The translations under genes were made by a program, and so were the position numbers. Shown piece by piece: positions 48,594-59,334 of a DNA stretch of 64,000 nt. The notes below the pieces were generated by a model. The model was not told the DNA's origin. It saw only the letters and a program-made list of their open reading frames with translations, and made no database searches. Each line of letters begins with the position of its first letter. Positions within the stretch are counted from its first letter, which is position 1. This stretch comes from Escherichia coli (GTDB taxonomy: Bacteria; Pseudomonadota; Gammaproteobacteria; Enterobacterales; Enterobacteriaceae), in the NCBI RefSeq assembly GCF_003334785.1, contig NZ_QOWV01000014.1, one strand, 5' to 3'.

Positions 48594-48700
48594 TGCCCCC
48601 TCTCCCTTCCAGGGTGAGGGCTGGGGTGAGGGTTAATGTTCGCACCAGTGCTGGCTGTTCCCCTCACCCTAACCCTCTCCCCAAAGGGGCGAGGGGACGG
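48594..48700. repeat. GC-rich inverted-repeat element within the fepB upstream leader
   Basis: ccctctcccttccagggtgagggctggggtgaggg ... ccctcaccctaaccctctccccaaaggggcgaggggac; arms are mutually complementary; second copy of the family at 41168..41272. Confidence 0.6.
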
Positions 48701-48763
48701 ATTGTGCGCTTTGTCGAATTTGTCATTACGCCCTTAACCTTATTAATAACAGGAAGCTGATTT

Positions 48764-49720
48764 GTGAGACTCGCCCCGCTCTACCGCAACGCCCTTCTAT
48801 TAACAGGACTTTTGCTTTCAGGAATAGCCGCAGTTCAGGCCGCTGACTGGCCGCGTCAGATTACTGACAGCCGTGGCACACATACACTGGAAAGCCAGCC
48901 GCAGCGTATTGTTTCCACCAGCGTCACCCTGACCGGCTCACTGCTGGCGATTGATGCTCCGGTGATCGCCAGCGGCGCGACCACGCCGAATAACCGCGTC
49001 GCGGATGACCAGGGCTTTTTACGCCAGTGGAGCAAGGTGGCGAAAGAACGCAAACTGCAACGGCTCTATATCGGCGAACCGAGCGCCGAAGCCGTTGCCG
49101 CGCAAATGCCGGATCTGATTTTAATTAGCGCAACCGGCGGGGATTCGGCGCTGGCACTGTATGATCAGCTTTCCACCATCGCCCCGACATTAATCATCAA
49201 TTACGACGACAAAAGCTGGCAGTCGCTGTTAACGCAACTTGGCGAAATTACCGGGCATGAGAAACAAGCGGCAGAGCGGATTGCGCAGTTTGATAAGCAA
49301 CTGGCGGCGGCGAAAGAGCAAATCAAATTACCGCCGCAGCCGGTCACTGCCATTGTCTATACTGCCGCTGCACACAGTGCCAATCTCTGGACGCCAGAAT
49401 CAGCACAAGGGCAGATGCTGGAACAACTCGGCTTTACGCTGGCGAAGTTACCCGCAGGGTTAAATGCCAGCCAAAGTCAGGGTAAACGCCATGACATCAT
49501 TCAGCTTGGTGGGGAAAATCTGGCTGCAGGGTTAAATGGCGAGTCACTATTCCTGTTCGCCGGTGATCAGAAAGATGCCGATGCTATTTATGCTAATCCG
49601 CTGCTCGCGCACCTGCCTGCAGTACAAAACAAGCAGGTTTATGCGCTGGGAACCGAGACGTTCCGTCTGGATTACTACAGCGCCATGCAAGTGCTGGATA
49701 GGCTTAAGGCGCTGTTTTAA
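48764..49720 (+). CDS. fepB: periplasmic ferric-enterobactin-binding protein
   Basis: 318-aa ORF, GTG start, signal peptide; divergent from entC. Confidence 0.93.
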
Positions 49721-49723
49721 GCA

Positions 49724-50974
49724 TTAACTGTCGGACGCTGTCACCTGCGGCGGCGTCTGGCGAAAATGTCGCAACTCCACCAGCACCAGCAATAACAACA
49801 CGCCGATAATCAACAAACCAAAACCGCTCGCGCTTGCGGAAGCAACCGGTGTCATCATCGCGCCCAAACCACCCAGCAGCGCCGCGCCTATGGCATCGCC
49901 CGTCACGTTCTGCGCCGTCCACAAACCGTTAATCCGCCCTAACATCGCTTCCGGGGTTTGCGTTTGCAGCATTGTGTATTGCAGCAACGAGCTGACCGCA
50001 CTCAACCAGCCGAACAGCGCCAGACAAACCACGCCTAAAATCCACATCGGCATCAGGCCAAACAGACCAATGGCGAGGAACGATCCCAGCGTGGAGAGCA
50101 GCATCAATAACCCTGGTCGCGCACTATGTGCCAGCTTCCCGCTGGTTAACGCACCAATAGCCGCGCCGAGCGGGATCGCCGCGTAGAGAAAACCAATCTG
50201 TGCCGCTGACATCTGCCAGTTGTCAGCCAGCGCCGGATACAGTACCCGCACCGCGCTCGCCATCGTCAATAAACCACCCAGCAGCGCAATCCCGCCCACC
50301 AGCGGGCTGGCAAGCAGAAAACGAAATCCTGCCAGTAATGATTTCAACGGATGCTCACGCGGCTGCGGTGGCGGTGGCAACGCCGGAAGGCTTAACAACG
50401 GTAGCAAGGTAATAAACGTGCCCGCCGCCGCCAGCCCGTAGTTCCAGGCTACGCCACCGGTCGCCAGCAATAAACCGCCAATCATGGGCGAAATCACCGA
50501 CCCCAGACGCACGGTCAACATGGTGATCGCCCCGGCCTGCATTAAGTTTTCACGCCCTACCAGTGCTGGTGTCGCCGCCAATAGCGCCGTAACGCCAAGC
50601 GATGCGAAAAAACCATCCCATAAACCAAGTAAATAGATTGCCAGCAATGACGGCTCCGGCAGCAGTGCATTAAGGCACAGTCCAATGAAGCCAATGCCAC
50701 AGGTGCCGCGCGCCAGCAAAATCACTTTTTTGCGCTCATAGCGATCCGCCAGCACACCGCCGACCATCAGGCCAACAAACATCGCGCCGCCGGTCAGCGT
50801 CACCGAAAGCCCCACCTGCCAGGTGGAATGTGTCATCATCTGGATCTGCACCGGCACCGCGACGCCGAGCAAACCCAGAGACACAATTGAGATGAAACGA
50901 GCGAGGAATACTGCGCGAAACGCCGGGTGCGTTTTCAACAGGCTGAGGTTAAGCAGCCAGGATTGTTTATTCAT
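49724..50974 (-). CDS. entS: MFS enterobactin exporter EntS (YbdA)
   Basis: 416-aa 12-TM ORF divergent from fepD. Confidence 0.92.
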   Translation of the reverse strand: MNKQSWLLNLSLLKTHPAFRAVFLARFISIVSLGLLGVAVPVQIQMMTHSTWQVGLSVTLTGGAMFVGLMVGGVLADRYERKKVILLARGTCGIGFIGLCLNALLPEPSLLAIYLLGLWDGFFASLGVTALLAATPALVGRENLMQAGAITMLTVRLGSVISPMIGGLLLATGGVAWNYGLAAAGTFITLLPLLSLPALPPPPQPREHPLKSLLAGFRFLLASPLVGGIALLGGLLTMASAVRVLYPALADNWQMSAAQIGFLYAAIPLGAAIGALTSGKLAHSARPGLLMLLSTLGSFLAIGLFGLMPMWILGVVCLALFGWLSAVSSLLQYTMLQTQTPEAMLGRINGLWTAQNVTGDAIGAALLGGLGAMMTPVASASASGFGLLIIGVLLLLVLVELRHFRQTPPQVTASDS

Positions 50975-51039
50975 TACAATGCCTTGCCATCAAATATTTT
51001 AAATACCTATTCTTAGGCTGCACATGCTAACATATCCAA

Positions 51040-51075
51040 ATAAGATCGATAACGATAATTAATTTCATTATCATG
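51040..51075. promoter_or_regulatory. Fur box in the divergent entS / fepD control region
   Basis: gataacgataattaatttcattatc between entS start (50974) and fepD start (51085). Confidence 0.7.
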
Positions 51076-51084
51076 GAAGTTCGT

Positions 51085-52089
51085 ATGTCTGGTTCTGTTG
51101 CCGTGACACGCGCCATTGCCGTGCCCGGATTGCTGTTATTACTGATTATCGCGACGGCATTAAGCCTGCTCATTGGGGCAAAATCACTCCCCGCTTCCGT
51201 AGTGCTGGAGGCCTTCTCCGGCACCTGCCAGAGCGCCGACTGCACCATCGTGCTCGACGCGCGGCTGCCGCGTACCCTTGCCGGTTTACTGGCAGGCGGC
51301 GCGCTTGGCCTTGCCGGGGCGTTAATGCAAACCCTCACCCGAAACCCACTTGCCGACCCCGGCTTGCTTGGCGTGAACGCCGGAGCCAGCTTTGCCATTG
51401 TGCTGGGTGCGGCGCTGTTTGGTTACTCTTCCGCGCAGGAACAACTGGCGATGGCCTTCGCCGGGGCGCTGGTGGCCTCATTGATTGTTGCCTTTACCGG
51501 CAGTCAGGGCGGCGGGCAGTTAAGTCCGGTGCGTTTAACCCTGGCGGGCGTGGCGCTGGCGGCGGTGCTGGAAGGACTGACCAGCGGCATCGCCCTGCTT
51601 AATCCTGACGTCTACGATCAGTTGCGTTTCTGGCAAGCCGGTTCGCTGGATATTCGCAATCTACATACCTTAAAAGTGGTGCTGATCCCGGTGCTGATCG
51701 CCGGAGCAACTGCGCTATTACTGAGTCGCGCGCTGAACAGTTTGAGCCTCGGCAGCGACACCGCGACGGCGCTGGGCAGTCGCGTGGCGCGCACACAGTT
51801 GATTGGTCTGCTGGCGATTACCGTGCTTTGTGGTAGTGCGACGGCAATAGTTGGCCCGATTGCCTTTATTGGCCTGATGATGCCGCATATGGCGCGTTGG
51901 CTGGTGGGTGCCGATCATCGCTGGTCGCTGCCCGTCACGCTACTTGCTACCCCTGCCCTGCTGCTGTTTGCCGATATCATCGGGCGGGTGATTGTGCCCG
52001 GCGAACTGCGCGTTTCTGTGGTCAGTGCGTTTATTGGTGCACCGGTGCTGATCTTCCTCGTGCGACGTAAAACGCGAGGTGGTGCATGA
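51085..52089 (+). CDS. fepD: ferric-enterobactin ABC transporter permease
   Basis: ORF 51073..52089; start at MSGSVAVTRA... (334 aa). Confidence 0.92.
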   Translation: MSGSVAVTRAIAVPGLLLLLIIATALSLLIGAKSLPASVVLEAFSGTCQSADCTIVLDARLPRTLAGLLAGGALGLAGALMQTLTRNPLADPGLLGVNAGASFAIVLGAALFGYSSAQEQLAMAFAGALVASLIVAFTGSQGGGQLSPVRLTLAGVALAAVLEGLTSGIALLNPDVYDQLRFWQAGSLDIRNLHTLKVVLIPVLIAGATALLLSRALNSLSLGSDTATALGSRVARTQLIGLLAITVLCGSATAIVGPIAFIGLMMPHMARWLVGADHRWSLPVTLLATPALLLFADIIGRVIVPGELRVSVVSAFIGAPVLIFLVRRKTRGGA

Positions 52090-53078
52090 TTTACGTCTCT
52101 CGCCGATTACTCATCACCTGTTTGCTGCTGGTTTCCGCCTGTGTGGTTGCAGGTATCTGGGGATTACGCAGCGGTGCCGTCACGCTGGAAACCTCGCAGG
52201 TATTCGCCGCGCTGATGGGCGATGCGCCGCGCAGTATGACGATGGTGGTCACCGAATGGCGTTTACCACGCGTGCTGATGGCGCTGTTGATTGGCGCAGC
52301 ACTGGGCGTCAGTGGCGCGATTTTTCAGTCGCTGATGCGTAACCCGCTCGGCAGCCCTGACGTAATGGGCTTTAACACCGGGGCGTGGAGCGGCGTGCTG
52401 GTGGCGATGGTGCTGTTTGGTCAGGACCTGACGGCTATCGCGCTGTCAGCAATGGTGGGCGGCATTGTCACTTCGCTGCTGGTCTGGCTGCTCGCCTGGC
52501 GCAACGGCATCGACACCTTTCGGTTGATTATTATCGGTATCGGCGTTCGCGCCATGCTGGTGGCCTTTAATACCTGGCTGTTGCTGAAAGCGTCTTTAGA
52601 AACGGCGCTAACAGCAGGTTTGTGGAATGCCGGATCGCTCAACGGCCTGACGTGGGCAAAAACCTCGCCTTCCGCACCCATCATTATATTGATGCTCATT
52701 GCCGCCGCCTTACTGGTACGCCGGATGCGCTTGCTGGAAATGGGCGATGATACCGCGTGTGCGCTGGGCGTCAGCGTCGAACGTTCGCGTCTGTTAATGA
52801 TGCTGGTTGCAGTGGTGCTTACCGCTGCGGCAACAGCGCTTGCCGGGCCGATTTCCTTTATTGCTTTAGTCGCACCGCACATTGCCCGACGCATTAGCGG
52901 CACCGCTCGCTGGGGGCTAACCCAGGCGGCGCTATGCGGGGCGCTGTTACTGCTGGCGGCCGATCTCTGCGCCCAACAACTGTTTATGCCGTATCAACTT
53001 CCGGTTGGCGTCGTTACCGTCAGCCTCGGCGGTATTTACCTTATCGTCTTGTTAATTCAGGAGTCTCGCAAAAAATGA
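52086..53078 (+). CDS. fepG: ferric-enterobactin ABC transporter permease
   Basis: 330-aa membrane ORF overlapping fepD stop by 4 nt. Confidence 0.93.
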   Translation: MIYVSRRLLITCLLLVSACVVAGIWGLRSGAVTLETSQVFAALMGDAPRSMTMVVTEWRLPRVLMALLIGAALGVSGAIFQSLMRNPLGSPDVMGFNTGAWSGVLVAMVLFGQDLTAIALSAMVGGIVTSLLVWLLAWRNGIDTFRLIIIGIGVRAMLVAFNTWLLLKASLETALTAGLWNAGSLNGLTWAKTSPSAPIIILMLIAAALLVRRMRLLEMGDDTACALGVSVERSRLLMMLVAVVLTAAATALAGPISFIALVAPHIARRISGTARWGLTQAALCGALLLLAADLCAQQLFMPYQLPVGVVTVSLGGIYLIVLLIQESRKK

Positions 53079-53890
53079 CCGAATCAGTAGCCCGTTTGCG
53101 CGGCGAACAGTTAACCCTGGGATATGGCAAATATACCGTTGCGGAAAATCTGACTGTAGAAATACCTGATGGTCACTTCACGGCAATTATCGGGCCAAAT
53201 GGCTGCGGTAAATCCACGTTACTGCGTACCTTAAGCCGCCTGATGACGCCTGCTCATGGGCATGTCTGGCTGGATGGCGAGCACATTCAACATTACGCCA
53301 GTAAAGAGGTTGCACGCCGGATTGGTCTGTTGGCGCAAAATGCTACCACGCCGGGCGATATCACCGTGCAGGAGCTGGTGGCGCGTGGACGTTATCCGCA
53401 TCAACCGCTGTTTACCCGCTGGCGCAAAGAGGATGAAGAAGCGGTAACGAAAGCAATGCAGGCCACGGGAATAACTCATCTGGCAGATCAAAGCGTGGAT
53501 ACCCTTTCTGGCGGACAACGCCAGCGAGCGTGGATCGCGATGGTGCTGGCCCAGGAAACGGCAATTATGCTGCTCGACGAACCCACGACCTGGCTGGATA
53601 TCAGTCATCAGATTGATTTGCTGGAGTTGTTAAGCGAACTGAACCGCGAAAAAGGCTATACCCTGGCGGCGGTGCTGCACGATCTTAATCAGGCCTGTCG
53701 TTACGCCAGCCATTTGATTGCATTGCGGGAAGGGAAAATTGTTGCTCAGGGAGCGCCGAAGGAGATTGTCACTGCTGAACTGATTGAGCGCATTTATGGT
53801 CTGCGCTGCATGATCATTGACGATCCAGTTGCCGGAACGCCGCTTGTGGTGCCGCTCGGACGAACGGCACCTTCAACCGCAAATAGTTAA
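53075..53890 (+). CDS. fepC: ferric-enterobactin ABC transporter ATPase
   Basis: ORF 52934..53890; start at MTESVARLRG... (271 aa); Walker A GPNGCGKST, signature LSGGQRQR. Confidence 0.93.
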   Translation: MTESVARLRGEQLTLGYGKYTVAENLTVEIPDGHFTAIIGPNGCGKSTLLRTLSRLMTPAHGHVWLDGEHIQHYASKEVARRIGLLAQNATTPGDITVQELVARGRYPHQPLFTRWRKEDEEAVTKAMQATGITHLADQSVDTLSGGQRQRAWIAMVLAQETAIMLLDEPTTWLDISHQIDLLELLSELNREKGYTLAAVLHDLNQACRYASHLIALREGKIVAQGAPKEIVTAELIERIYGLRCMIIDDPVAGTPLVVPLGRTAPSTANS

Positions 53891-55020
53891 ACTAAGTGGT
53901 CTGCCATCATGGCATCCTGTTTTCTGGATGCCATCGCATAGCGCAACAGCACGCCACCACAAGCCACCATCCCGCCGATCAACGCGGAAAGGATCACAAT
54001 AATCGCCTTACCCGGACCGTCTTTTTTCACTGGCAATGACGGGCTTAACTGATATTTAAACGGCGTAAAATTCACATCGTTGACATGTGCTTTTGTTAAT
54101 TGCTCGACAAGATACTGCCGATTACGTAATTCACCGTTCAGTTCCGCAACGTCAGTGACCGCTTTTTCTATTTCCAGTTTGCGTTCAATACCGTCTGCAC
54201 CGAGAGAAATAGAAAAATCGGGGTCATCTTTAACGGCCTGACCATTACTGTAAACGGGCTTTTTAATTCCTGCCGCGTTGGCAATGTCGAGTGAATAATT
54301 GAGGCGCTGAATGTTTGCATCAAGTTGATTTTTCGTTTTAATGCGATCCTGAGCCAGTTTTTCTTTTTCAAACTGGGTTTTGATCTCCAGTTTATTACGG
54401 ACGTTTTCTAGCGACTCTTTCACCACCAACGTAGAGATATAATCGATATACCCGCTCAAAACGGTCTGCGCCTCTTCACTGGTTGGCGCGGTAAAACTTA
54501 GCGTCCAGGAGGTATACAGTGACGGTTCATCTTTTTTCTTACTGGCATTGTCATCAACCGCTTTCATTTTTTCGCTCAATGCGACAATTGCGCGATGCAA
54601 ATCCAGTTCGTCGATTTTCGCCTCTTTTAATTGGTCCATCACATAAGGTGATGAACGCAGGTACTCTTCCAGCAAGCTAACCGACTGAAACTTCTTGATA
54701 AACAGGTTAAATGCTTCTGTACGATCAATTTTGATATCCAGATCCAGCACACGAAGCTTAGTGAATGATTTCTCCAACTCTTGCCACTGAACAGGTTCTG
54801 GAGGCGTGACAACCGCCGCGCTGGTCCATTTTTGCGGCAGGATGAAAGAGATCAGCAAGCCTGCGCAGGCAAACGCAAAAACGACCGCCATGACCGTTTT
54901 TTTGGCCCGCCATAAAACTGAGATTAGATTAAGTAAATCAATTTCATTATTACTGGGCGACGCCAGAGGATAATCGGGAAAATGAGCGTCACTTCCCTGT
55001 TTAATATTCAGTGATGACAT
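53887..55020 (-). CDS. fepE: polysaccharide co-polymerase (Wzz-like) FepE
   Basis: 377-aa ORF with N- and C-terminal TM segments and coiled-coil periplasmic region. Confidence 0.9.
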   Translation of the reverse strand: MSSLNIKQGSDAHFPDYPLASPSNNEIDLLNLISVLWRAKKTVMAVVFAFACAGLLISFILPQKWTSAAVVTPPEPVQWQELEKSFTKLRVLDLDIKIDRTEAFNLFIKKFQSVSLLEEYLRSSPYVMDQLKEAKIDELDLHRAIVALSEKMKAVDDNASKKKDEPSLYTSWTLSFTAPTSEEAQTVLSGYIDYISTLVVKESLENVRNKLEIKTQFEKEKLAQDRIKTKNQLDANIQRLNYSLDIANAAGIKKPVYSNGQAVKDDPDFSISLGADGIERKLEIEKAVTDVAELNGELRNRQYLVEQLTKAHVNDVNFTPFKYQLSPSLPVKKDGPGKAIIVILSALIGGMVACGGVLLRYAMASRKQDAMMADHLV

Positions 55021-55182
55021 GGGGTATAACCTGAAAATGAGTCCAATAGGGGGAAATCTCCACGGCGCTCACTTTACCAGTTGGTGATAATTATCCGAAG
55101 CTGAAGTTTGTAAATTCCTTCCACTGAATGCAACATTCACTCTATTTAAGAGAAATATTCATCAAACCTATAAATCAAACAA

Positions 55183-55222
55183 ATAAAAAACCCATAATTA
55201 TTTTCTGTAATTATGGGTTTAT
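55183..55222 (-). terminator. rho-independent terminator after entF
   Basis: Minus strand reads aaacccataattacagaaaataattatgggttttttatttg. Confidence 0.7.
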
Positions 55223-55235
55223 AAATAATATTAAT

Positions 55236-58200
55236 TTACCTGTTTAGCGTTGCGCGAATAATCGGCCCAATTTTTTCAAACGTCCCTGGAGAGATAATAT
55301 CCACATGCGCACAATCCTGACGATAGATATCCAGCTCCGCTATCCACGGCGACCAGGCGCGTTCGGGACTCATACCTTCCTGAAGTGTGCGTTCAGCAAC
55401 AAACAGCGTCGCTTTACCGTCAAACGGTACGCTATGAGCAGTCGTCAGCAGGCGCACAGCATCAGCGTAGTTGCCTTCAATGGTGGTAAACAACTCCGTT
55501 GAAGTACTTCCCTGCTGTGCTGCCAGGAAGGCCTCGCGTTCGCGGTTAATCTCCGCCAGCACTTCCGGGTCCAGACCATTAGCTTCTTTTTCCTGCCAGT
55601 TTTGCGTTTCTGGCGGCCAGGTATCCAGCAAGCCAAGAAATGCCACCTGTTCGCCACGGGCACGCAGTCGCGCCGCAATACCCTGCGCCAGCGTACCGCC
55701 AAGGGAATACCCCAGCAGGTAATAAGGGCCATGCGGTTGTTGTTCAAGTAACGTTGCCAGATGCGCTTCGCAGACTTCATCCAGGTTTGCCGCCGTCTGC
55801 ATGGGGCCATTGGGGCGCGGTGACTGAATGCCGATAATCGACCATTGTGGATCGAGATAACGCGAGAGCACGCTGAACTGCCAGGCAAAACCGGACGCAG
55901 GATGGAAACAAAACAGCGTCGGGCCATTACCTTCACGCAACGGCAGAATGGTTTCGAATCCCATACGCCGGGTGCTGTCTTCTTCAGCATCAATAATCGT
56001 TGCCAGTTTGGCGACAGTTGACGCGACCATCACTTGCCCCGGCGTCACCTGGCGGGCAACCTGCCGACTTAACTGCGCTGCCAGTTTCATTGCCAGTAGC
56101 GAATGACCGCCAAGCGCGAAGAAATCAGCATCGGCATCCTGCACGTCACACCCCAGCAACGACGAGAATGCCGCGGCGATAATCGTTTCACTGCCCGCTT
56201 TCGGCGCACGCCCTGGCGCTTGTGCCTTCAGTTCAGGCAACGGTAAGGCTTTGCGATCCAGCTTGCCGTTGGCGCTAAGTGGTAACTGTGGAAGTTGCAG
56301 CAGAACCACCGGTACCATATGTGGTGGCAATGTTTCACGAAGCTGCGCCTGCAATGCGCTGGTATCCAACGGCAGGCCCGATTGCGACACCAGATAGCCC
56401 ACCAATTGACGCGCATCACCACCGGTGGCAGCCGCCTGGTTAATCACACAGGCGTGGGTAACGGCTTGTTCGACATCCGGCAGCGCCTGCATCACGCGAT
56501 CGATTTCGCCCAGTTCGATACGCTGCCCGCGAATTTTTAGCTGATCATCACTGCGCCCGAGGTACTCCACCGCGCCGTTATCCAGCCAGCGGGCAACGTC
56601 TCCGGTACGGTACATCCGTTCACCTGGGGCAAAAGGATCGGCAATAAAGCGGCTGGCGGTCAGATCGGGGCGTCCGAGATAGCCCTGCGCCAGTTGAATG
56701 CCAGTGAGATAGAGATCACCCGCCACACCCGGCGGCACCGGATGCATCATCGCATCAAGAATACGCAGACCCGTATTCCATACCGGATAACCAATCGGCA
56801 CACTGCTGCCGCGCACCTGTGCCAGTTCCTCGCCAAAAGCCGGATACCAGCTGACATCTACCGCCGCTTCCGTCGGGCCATATAGATTATGCAACGGCGC
56901 GCCAGTTAACTGTTGCCATTCGCGGCATAAATCAGCCGGTAAGGCCTCACCACTACAGAAAACCTGTTTCAACGTCGCGCAACTCTGGCGAGCGGTTTGC
57001 GGCGTCAGCGAGGCAACAAATGCCGCCAGCATCGACGGCACAAAGTGCGTGGTCGTTACGCCATATTCGGCAAAGAATTGCTGCATAGCGAGCGGGTCGC
57101 GGTGCGCTTCCGGTTCAGCCATCACCAGTTTTGCCCCTGCGATAAACGGCCAGAAAAACTCCCACACCGAGACATCAAAACTGCACGGCGTTTTTTGGGC
57201 AACGACATCTTCGCCTGTAAGCGGATAATGATTTTGCATCCAAAGCAGGCGGTTGACGATAGCCGTCTGCCCGACCATTACCCCTTTCGGCCTGCCGGTG
57301 GAGCCAGAGGTAAAGATGATATAAGCCGTGTGATGCGGTTGTGAAAGTTGCAGCGGCGCACTGCCCTGCGGTGTAAGCGGGGCGTTATAGCAAAGGCTTG
57401 TTAAATTGGGAACATCGCTAAAGCGCGGCAGTTGATCGTCGGTGGTAATTAACAGCGACGGACGCGCATCTTCCAGCATCATTTTCAGGCGATCGTCCGG
57501 ATAGCCGGTATCCAGCGGTAGCCAGGCCGCTCCAGCTTCAACTATCGCATGGAGTGCCAGGGTCAAAAAGACCGAGCGCGGTAGTGCCACCGCCACGCTG
57601 TCCCCTGGTTTAACGCCGCGCTCACGCAGCAGATTCGCCAGCGCCACCACCTGCTCGCGCATTTCCCGATAGCTGAACAGGTAACGCGCATCTGCCAGCG
57701 CCGGAGCATCCGGTGTTTTTGCCGCTTGTTCTGCCACCAGCGCGCTAAGCGTGGTTTCTGGAATCTCAACCTGAGTGGCGTTGAGCTGCGCCAGCTGCGC
57801 ATACTCACCTGGCAGCATAATATCGACATCGCCGCACAACAGCGCCGGATCCGCGGCGAACTGGGCAATCAGCATTTTCAGGCGTTCAGCATGCTGGATT
57901 AACGTTGGCTCATCGTAACGCTGTTTATTGGCGAGGATCTCAATACTCAAATCACCGTGTACATCCGGGAACAGGGCCAGTTCAAGGTCATTAACCGGAC
58001 CGGTTGCCAGGGTATGGGTTTGCGCCTGAACATCAGGAATATCCAGTTGGTAATCAAATACCTTGATATTGAGTACCGGACCAAACAGCGGTTCATCACC
58101 TGCCGCTCGCCCGCTGTCACGGACAATTTGTTCGGCATCGTAACGTTGATGACGACGCATTTTTTTCAGTTGTGCTGCCAGTCGGGTTGCCAGTTCCGGC

Positions 58201-59117
58201 AGCGTTTCTTGCGCCGCAATGTGAATACCCAACGGCAAAACGTTGAGCACGGGTCCGGTAGCCGTCAGCGCCGCCGAGCCCAGTCGACGCATAAAGATAA
58301 ATCCGGCGGCGTAGTCCATACGATTGCACAATCGCCCCAGCCACAAGGCTGCCAGCGCAAGGGCTAAATCGGTACGCTGCACACCTGAAAGTTGCGTAGC
58401 CAGCTGGCGGAATTCCCCGTCGGTAAATTCCAGTTTCAGGCGCAGAATATCTGCCGAGGCGCTGCGCCCCGGTAAAGGTGCCGGAGAAAGTGACGCGGGC
58501 GGCGGCAGTTGACGACGCTGTTCTGCCCAGAATGCCGCATCACGCTGCCAGGCTTCGCTTTCGCGGTATTGCTGGTACTCTTCCACTACATCAGCGAAAG
58601 GCGTAAATGGCGAAGCAGGCGTTGGTTCGCCACGCAGCCATGTGCAGTAAATATTGGCGATCTGGCGGGTAATGGCCGGGAAACTAAAGCCATCGACCAG
58701 CAAATGGTGATAACGCTGATACCAGTACCAGCGGTTATCCGCCACCTGTATCAGCTGATGAAAGACCAGTGGTTTACCGCTATCGACGCGCAGATCTTGT
58801 TGCAAATCCGCCTGCATTAATGCCTGCGCAGTACCGTGCGGATCAATGTTGGTTCGTAGGTCGATAATTTCTGGCAGTTCGAACGTCAGCGCATCATCGA
58901 CCCACTGCCAGACTTCGCCGTTATCTTCCGTAAAACGCATCCGCAGCGTATCTGCTTGCGCTAGTCCGGCAACCACCGCGCGGGCCAGTAATGGCGAATC
59001 AACCTCTCCGGTTAACTCAACGTAATGCGCCACGCTCCAGGCGGAGGGTAATTCTGACAGTTTTTCTGCCATCCAGATGCCGGGCTGTGCGGCGACCAAA
59101 GGTAAATGCTGGCTCAT
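55236..59117 (-). CDS. entF: enterobactin synthase NRPS component F (C-A-PCP-TE)
   Basis: ORF 55236..59255; start at MSQHLPLVAAQPGIWMAEK... (1293 aa); thiolation motif GGHSLLAM, thioesterase GYSLGG. Confidence 0.94.
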   Translation of the reverse strand: MSQHLPLVAAQPGIWMAEKLSELPSAWSVAHYVELTGEVDSPLLARAVVAGLAQADTLRMRFTEDNGEVWQWVDDALTFELPEIIDLRTNIDPHGTAQALMQADLQQDLRVDSGKPLVFHQLIQVADNRWYWYQRYHHLLVDGFSFPAITRQIANIYCTWLRGEPTPASPFTPFADVVEEYQQYRESEAWQRDAAFWAEQRRQLPPPASLSPAPLPGRSASADILRLKLEFTDGEFRQLATQLSGVQRTDLALALAALWLGRLCNRMDYAAGFIFMRRLGSAALTATGPVLNVLPLGIHIAAQETLPELATRLAAQLKKMRRHQRYDAEQIVRDSGRAAGDEPLFGPVLNIKVFDYQLDIPDVQAQTHTLATGPVNDLELALFPDVHGDLSIEILANKQRYDEPTLIQHAERLKMLIAQFAADPALLCGDVDIMLPGEYAQLAQLNATQVEIPETTLSALVAEQAAKTPDAPALADARYLFSYREMREQVVALANLLRERGVKPGDSVAVALPRSVFLTLALHAIVEAGAAWLPLDTGYPDDRLKMMLEDARPSLLITTDDQLPRFSDVPNLTSLCYNAPLTPQGSAPLQLSQPHHTAYIIFTSGSTGRPKGVMVGQTAIVNRLLWMQNHYPLTGEDVVAQKTPCSFDVSVWEFFWPFIAGAKLVMAEPEAHRDPLAMQQFFAEYGVTTTHFVPSMLAAFVASLTPQTARQSCATLKQVFCSGEALPADLCREWQQLTGAPLHNLYGPTEAAVDVSWYPAFGEELAQVRGSSVPIGYPVWNTGLRILDAMMHPVPPGVAGDLYLTGIQLAQGYLGRPDLTASRFIADPFAPGERMYRTGDVARWLDNGAVEYLGRSDDQLKIRGQRIELGEIDRVMQALPDVEQAVTHACVINQAAATGGDARQLVGYLVSQSGLPLDTSALQAQLRETLPPHMVPVVLLQLPQLPLSANGKLDRKALPLPELKAQAPGRAPKAGSETIIAAAFSSLLGCDVQDADADFFALGGHSLLAMKLAAQLSRQVARQVTPGQVMVASTVAKLATIIDAEEDSTRRMGFETILPLREGNGPTLFCFHPASGFAWQFSVLSRYLDPQWSIIGIQSPRPNGPMQTAANLDEVCEAHLATLLEQQPHGPYYLLGYSLGGTLAQGIAARLRARGEQVAFLGLLDTWPPETQNWQEKEANGLDPEVLAEINREREAFLAAQQGSTSTELFTTIEGNYADAVRLLTTAHSVPFDGKATLFVAERTLQEGMSPERAWSPWIAELDIYRQDCAHVDIISPGTFEKIGPIIRATLNR

Positions 59118-59332
59118 TGTGCCTCCTGCAACTGGGTAAAATTCGTCGGTGTCAGAGTACGCCAGTGGGCTTCCAGCCACTGCTGGCAGGACGCCTGTGA
59201 CTGCGGCTGACACACAATGTCCCAGCCTGCCGGTAAGACGCATTGTTGCGGCCACAGACTGAATTGCCCCTGCGCATTGCGCAATATGTAAAACGCTCCC
59301 TGCGGATCATCGAAGGGATTACTGAATGCCAT
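59114..59332 (-). CDS. ybdZ: MbtH-like protein YbdZ
   Basis: ORF 59114..59338; start at MAFSNPFDDPQ... (72 aa); overlaps entF start by 4 nt. Confidence 0.9.
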   Translation of the reverse strand: MAFSNPFDDPQGAFYILRNAQGQFSLWPQQCVLPAGWDIVCQPQSQASCQQWLEAHWRTLTPTNFTQLQEAQ

Positions 59333-59334
59333 AT

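Noticed and set aside
55086-55095. Fur box upstream of fepE
   Set aside because: Only a single short palindrome (gataattatc) without flanking GATAAT repeats; too weak to call as a feature
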